In this document: piece after piece, positions 51,354-53,129 of the stretch
Layout: each line of letters starts with the position of its first letter
Position numbering within the stretch: position 1 is the first letter of the stretch
NCBI GenBank assembly: GCA_031364965.1
Contig: JANLXF010000182.1
Span: 1 to 53,129, forward strand
Reading direction: 5' to 3'
Length of the DNA stretch: 53,129 bases
Source: Actinomycetes bacterium
Lineage (GTDB): Bacteria > Actinomycetota > UBA4738 > HRBIN12
Notes under the pieces: model-generated
What the model was told of the DNA's origin: nothing
Databases searched by the model: none
What the model saw: the letters and a program-made list of their open reading frames with translations, nothing else
Position numbers and translations under genes: made by a program

Positions 51354-51370
51354 TCGGGGGGAGACGAAGC

Positions 51371-51598
51371 GTGCATCACTACATCCCTTGGCAAGAACGA
51401 GCACGGTGTCGCGAATATGACCCAGAGGTTTTCTTCCCCGAGAAGGGAGGCTCATCGAGGGAGGCCAAGCGGATCTGCAGCGAGTGTCCCGTCCGCATCG
51501 AATGCCTGAACTACGCACTCCGCCGCGACGAGCGATACGGGGTGTGGGGCGGGATGAGCGAACGGGAACGCCGACGCCTGAAGCGCATGGCGTCTTGA
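51371..51598 (+). CDS. whiB: WhiB-family [4Fe-4S] transcription factor (WhiB1-like size, no AT-hook)
   Basis: Cys pattern C-x23-C-x2-C-x5-C (ARCREYDPEVFF...ICSECPVRIEC). GVWGG turn. Basic C-terminus. GTG 51371 follows the GGGGGGAG SD. The longer track ORF (TTG 51233 / ATG 51248) has GC3 of only about half. Confidence 0.8.
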   Translation: MHHYIPWQERARCREYDPEVFFPEKGGSSREAKRICSECPVRIECLNYALRRDERYGVWGGMSERERRRLKRMAS

Positions 51599-51627
51599 GA
51601 TGAGATACAGCACCGGAAGGGGGCAGC

Positions 51628-51948
51628 ATGGCAGCAGCTAAGAAGACCGCCGCCAGGAAGAAGACCGCCGCTCGCAAGCCCGCGGCCAAGAAGAAGACCG
51701 CCGCTCGCAAGCCTGCGGCGCGCAAGAAGACCGCCGCTCGCAAGCCTGCGGCGCGCAAGAAGACCGCCGCTCGCAAGCCCGCGGCGCGCAAGAAGACGGC
51801 CGCGAAGAAGACCACGGCCAAGAAGAAGACCGCCGCGAAGAAGCCTGCGGCGCTCAAGAAGACCGCCGCTCGCAAGCCTGCGGCCAGGAAGAAGACGGCC
51901 GCTCGCAAGCCTGCGGCCAGGAAGAAGACCGCCGCGAAGAAGCGCTGA
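51628..51948 (+). CDS. Lys/Ala/Arg/Thr/Pro tandem-repeat basic protein (histone H1 / HupB-tail-like)
   Basis: 106 aa built from KKTAARKPAAR-type 11-mers. SD GGAAGGGGG lies 7 nt before the ATG. A strong terminator hairpin follows. Confidence 0.7.
   Translation: MAAAKKTAARKKTAARKPAAKKKTAARKPAARKKTAARKPAARKKTAARKPAARKKTAAKKTTAKKKTAAKKPAALKKTAARKPAARKKTAARKPAARKKTAAKKR
51691..51789 (+). repeat. Three near-perfect 33-bp tandem repeats (AAGAAGACCGCCGCTCGCAAGCCTGCGGCGCGC) inside a degenerate array spanning about 51640-51945
   Basis: Units 51691-51723 and 51724-51756 are identical. Unit 51757-51789 differs by one base. The flanking units are diverged. Confidence 0.9.
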
Positions 51949-51965
51949 CGCGGTACGGCACCGTC

Positions 51966-51991
51966 GGAAGGGGGGCGAGAGCCCCCCTTCC
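51966..51991 (+). terminator. Intrinsic-terminator-like hairpin GGAAGGGGGG-CGAGAG-CCCCCCTTCC
   Basis: Perfect 10-bp stem and 6-nt loop, 18 nt after the stop. The downstream tail is only weakly T-rich (GCTGTTCC). Confidence 0.65.
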
Positions 51992-52045
51992 GCTGTTCCG
52001 GTACCCCGCCGTGCTAGCCTTCGCGCCGCGCGGCAAGCGCGTCGC

Positions 52046-53129
52046 ATGACCGGATCCCCAACCACCACCGCCGCCTCAGAGCGTGCGCCCGCCGTCCTCG
52101 TCGTGCTGGTAGCGCGCGACGCGGCCGGATGGTTGCGCGAGTGCCTCTCAGCGCTCGCCGCGCAGACCTACCCCCGTATGGGGGTCATCGCCGTCGACGA
52201 CGCCTCCGGCGACGACTCGCGCGAGATCTTGATCGCCGCCCTCGGAGACCAGCGCGTGATCGGCCTGGCCGAGGCCCGCGGGCTCGCGGGCTCGATCGAT
52301 GCGGCGCTCGAGCTTCCCGTCGCTGCGGAAGCCGACTACCTCTTGCTCGTGCACGACGACGCCGCCCTCGATCCCGATGTCGTCGCGCGCCTGGTCGAGA
52401 CGGCGGTGGGCATCGGCGTAGAGCGCGTCGGCGTGGTCGGCGCCAAGGTTGTCGACTGGGATCAGCCGAGGACGCTGCGGGACGTCGGTCGCTCGGCGGA
52501 CCGCTTCGGACATCCCTACACCCCGCTCCAGGCCGGCGAGATCGATCAGGGCCAGTTCGACCGAGTGCTCGAGGTGCTCTGCGTCTCGTCCTCGGCGATG
52601 CTGATCGCGCGCGACGCCTGGCAGCGAGCCGGGGGGTTCGACGAGCGTCTGGACGCCGAACACATCGATCTCGATTTCTGCTGGCGGGTCCGTCTGGCCG
52701 GGTTCCGGGTGCTCATGACGCCCCTGGCTCGCGTCCGGCACCGCGCCGCAACGTCGGCGGGAGAGCGCGGCACCCGGGTGCGCCATCAGAGCGCCCGCTA
52801 CGAGGAAGATCGGGCCGCGCTCACCGGGATGCTGAAGAACTACGGCTTGCTGAACCTGCTCTGGCTCCTTCCGTTGATGTTCCTGCTCGGACTCGTGCGG
52901 CTCTTCGTGCTGGTGCTCGCCCGCCGGTTCGAAGAGGCGTACGACCTCGGATCGGCGTGGGGGTGGAACGCGGCGCACCTGCCGGGAACCCTCAAACGGC
53001 GACGGACGATCCAGAAGCAGCGTCGCGTGAAGGATCGGACGATGCGCCGCTTCATGGAGTCCGCAGGGTTGCGGATCCCGCGCTGGTTCCAGACCGCCGA
53101 GCGGATCCTCGAGGAGCAGCGCGAGATCG
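52046..53129 (+). CDS. GT2-family glycosyltransferase with a C-terminal membrane region (3'-truncated by window edge; not in the supplied ORF track)
   Basis: Manual translation from ATG 52046 stays open to the window end. It reads MTGSPTTTAASERAPAVLVVLVARDAAGWLRECLSALAAQTYPRMGVIAVDDASGDDS...LLLVHDDAAL...CVSSSAMLIARDAW...DLDFCWRVRLAGFRV, then hydrophobic LLNLLWLLPLMFLLGLVRLFVLVL. Confidence 0.8.
   Translation, partial: MTGSPTTTAASERAPAVLVVLVARDAAGWLRECLSALAAQTYPRMGVIAVDDASGDDSREILIAALGDQRVIGLAEARGLAGSIDAALELPVAAEADYLLLVHDDAALDPDVVARLVETAVGIGVERVGVVGAKVVDWDQPRTLRDVGRSADRFGHPYTPLQAGEIDQGQFDRVLEVLCVSSSAMLIARDAWQRAGGFDERLDAEHIDLDFCWRVRLAGFRVLMTPLARVRHRAATSAGERGTRVRHQSARYEEDRAALTGMLKNYGLLNLLWLLPLMFLLGLVRLFVLVLARRFEEAYDLGSAWGWNAAHLPGTLKRRRTIQKQRRVKDRTMRRFMESAGLRIPRWFQTAERILEEQREI

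Noticed and set aside
51233-51370. Longer WhiB N-terminus from TTG 51233 or ATG 51248
   Set aside because: By my hand count, GC3 of this stretch is only about half, against a clearly higher value in the WhiB core and near-saturation in neighbouring genes. A good SD (GGGGGGAG) precedes GTG 51371, which gives a typical WhiB1-sized protein. This is not fully excluded.
51640-51945. CRISPR array or non-coding satellite
   Set aside because: The 33-bp repeats are directly adjacent with no spacers. They are in frame (11 codons), preceded by an SD and ATG and followed by a terminator. This is a coding tandem repeat.
51312-52068. Minus-strand ORFs (198 aa and 185 aa) across the Lys/Ala repeat
   Set aside because: These are mirror-frame artefacts of the repeat (Ala/Phe/Leu/Arg or Gly/Leu/Arg repeats). 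They have no SD and run through the plus-strand terminator hairpin.
52148-52978. 276-aa minus-strand ORF at the window end
   Set aside because: It is antisense to a plus-strand frame with clear GT2 motifs, and its product is His/Arg/Pro/Glu-rich without motifs.
1-53129. Mobile genetic element, prophage or defence island
   Set aside because: I recognised no integrase, transposase, recombinase, tRNA attachment site or terminal repeats. Apart from the whiB leader there is no compositional break. Gene content is housekeeping or cell-envelope.

Overview
Very GC-rich chromosomal segment (third codon positions are almost all G/C). It looks actinobacterial: it has WhiB, F420 biosynthesis genes (fbiABC), an LCP ligase, a WbbL/ManC-type locus and many TANNNT-type leaderless starts. 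I found no rRNA, tRNA, CRISPR array, integrase or transposase, so this reads as core or cell-envelope chromosome rather than a mobile island. Gene order: (1) ftsH 3' end and a thiolase. (2) A roughly 1,000-aa coiled-coil membrane protein ending in a His-less histidine-kinase-like module. (3) A four-gene archaeal-type DNA-end-resection module, nurA-herA-sbcD-sbcC, preceded by a lipoprotein gene. (4) A thioesterase and aconitase. (5) A redox/copper module: a NarL-type response regulator, a small unknown protein, a cupredoxin-fused two-domain multicopper oxidase, a GAF histidine kinase and a CBS-BON protein. (6) An ECF sigma / RskA-type anti-sigma pair, followed by two paralogous Ser-rich membrane-anchored small proteins, ApbE and a ferric-reductase-like haem-b membrane protein. 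(7) A doubly degenerate REC-GGDEF protein. (8) A roughly 16-kb translationally coupled cell-wall glycopolymer locus. It contains an LCP ligase, rmlA, GT4, rmlB, rmlD, two tandem phospholipase-C/AcpA-type lipoproteins, an AAC(2')-type GNAT, a coiled-coil protein, two GT-B glycosyltransferases, a Wzm/Wzt-like ABC exporter, a small DMT protein, a WbbL-like GT2, a ManC-like nucleotidyltransferase and SpoIID-LGFP. (9) Two tandem DUF3105 proteins. (10) A purine permease. (11) fbiB-fbiA and divergent fbiC. (12) whiB behind an AT-richer repeat-laden leader, a pure Ala/Lys/Arg/Thr/Pro tandem-repeat histone-like protein, and a GT2 gene that runs off the window and is absent from the supplied ORF track. 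Many long ORFs in the track are antisense or N-terminally over-extended artefacts of the high GC content. I refined starts by looking for 4-nt ATGA/GTGA overlaps, SD sequences or TANNNT-N6-8-ATG leaderless signatures. The candidates most worth follow-up are the ApbE/ferric-reductase operon (no recognisable FMN_bind partner, two novel paralogous small proteins instead), the extracytoplasmic PLC-like pair plus AAC(2') embedded in an rml operon, and the His-less giant coiled-coil kinase-like protein next to the resection module.
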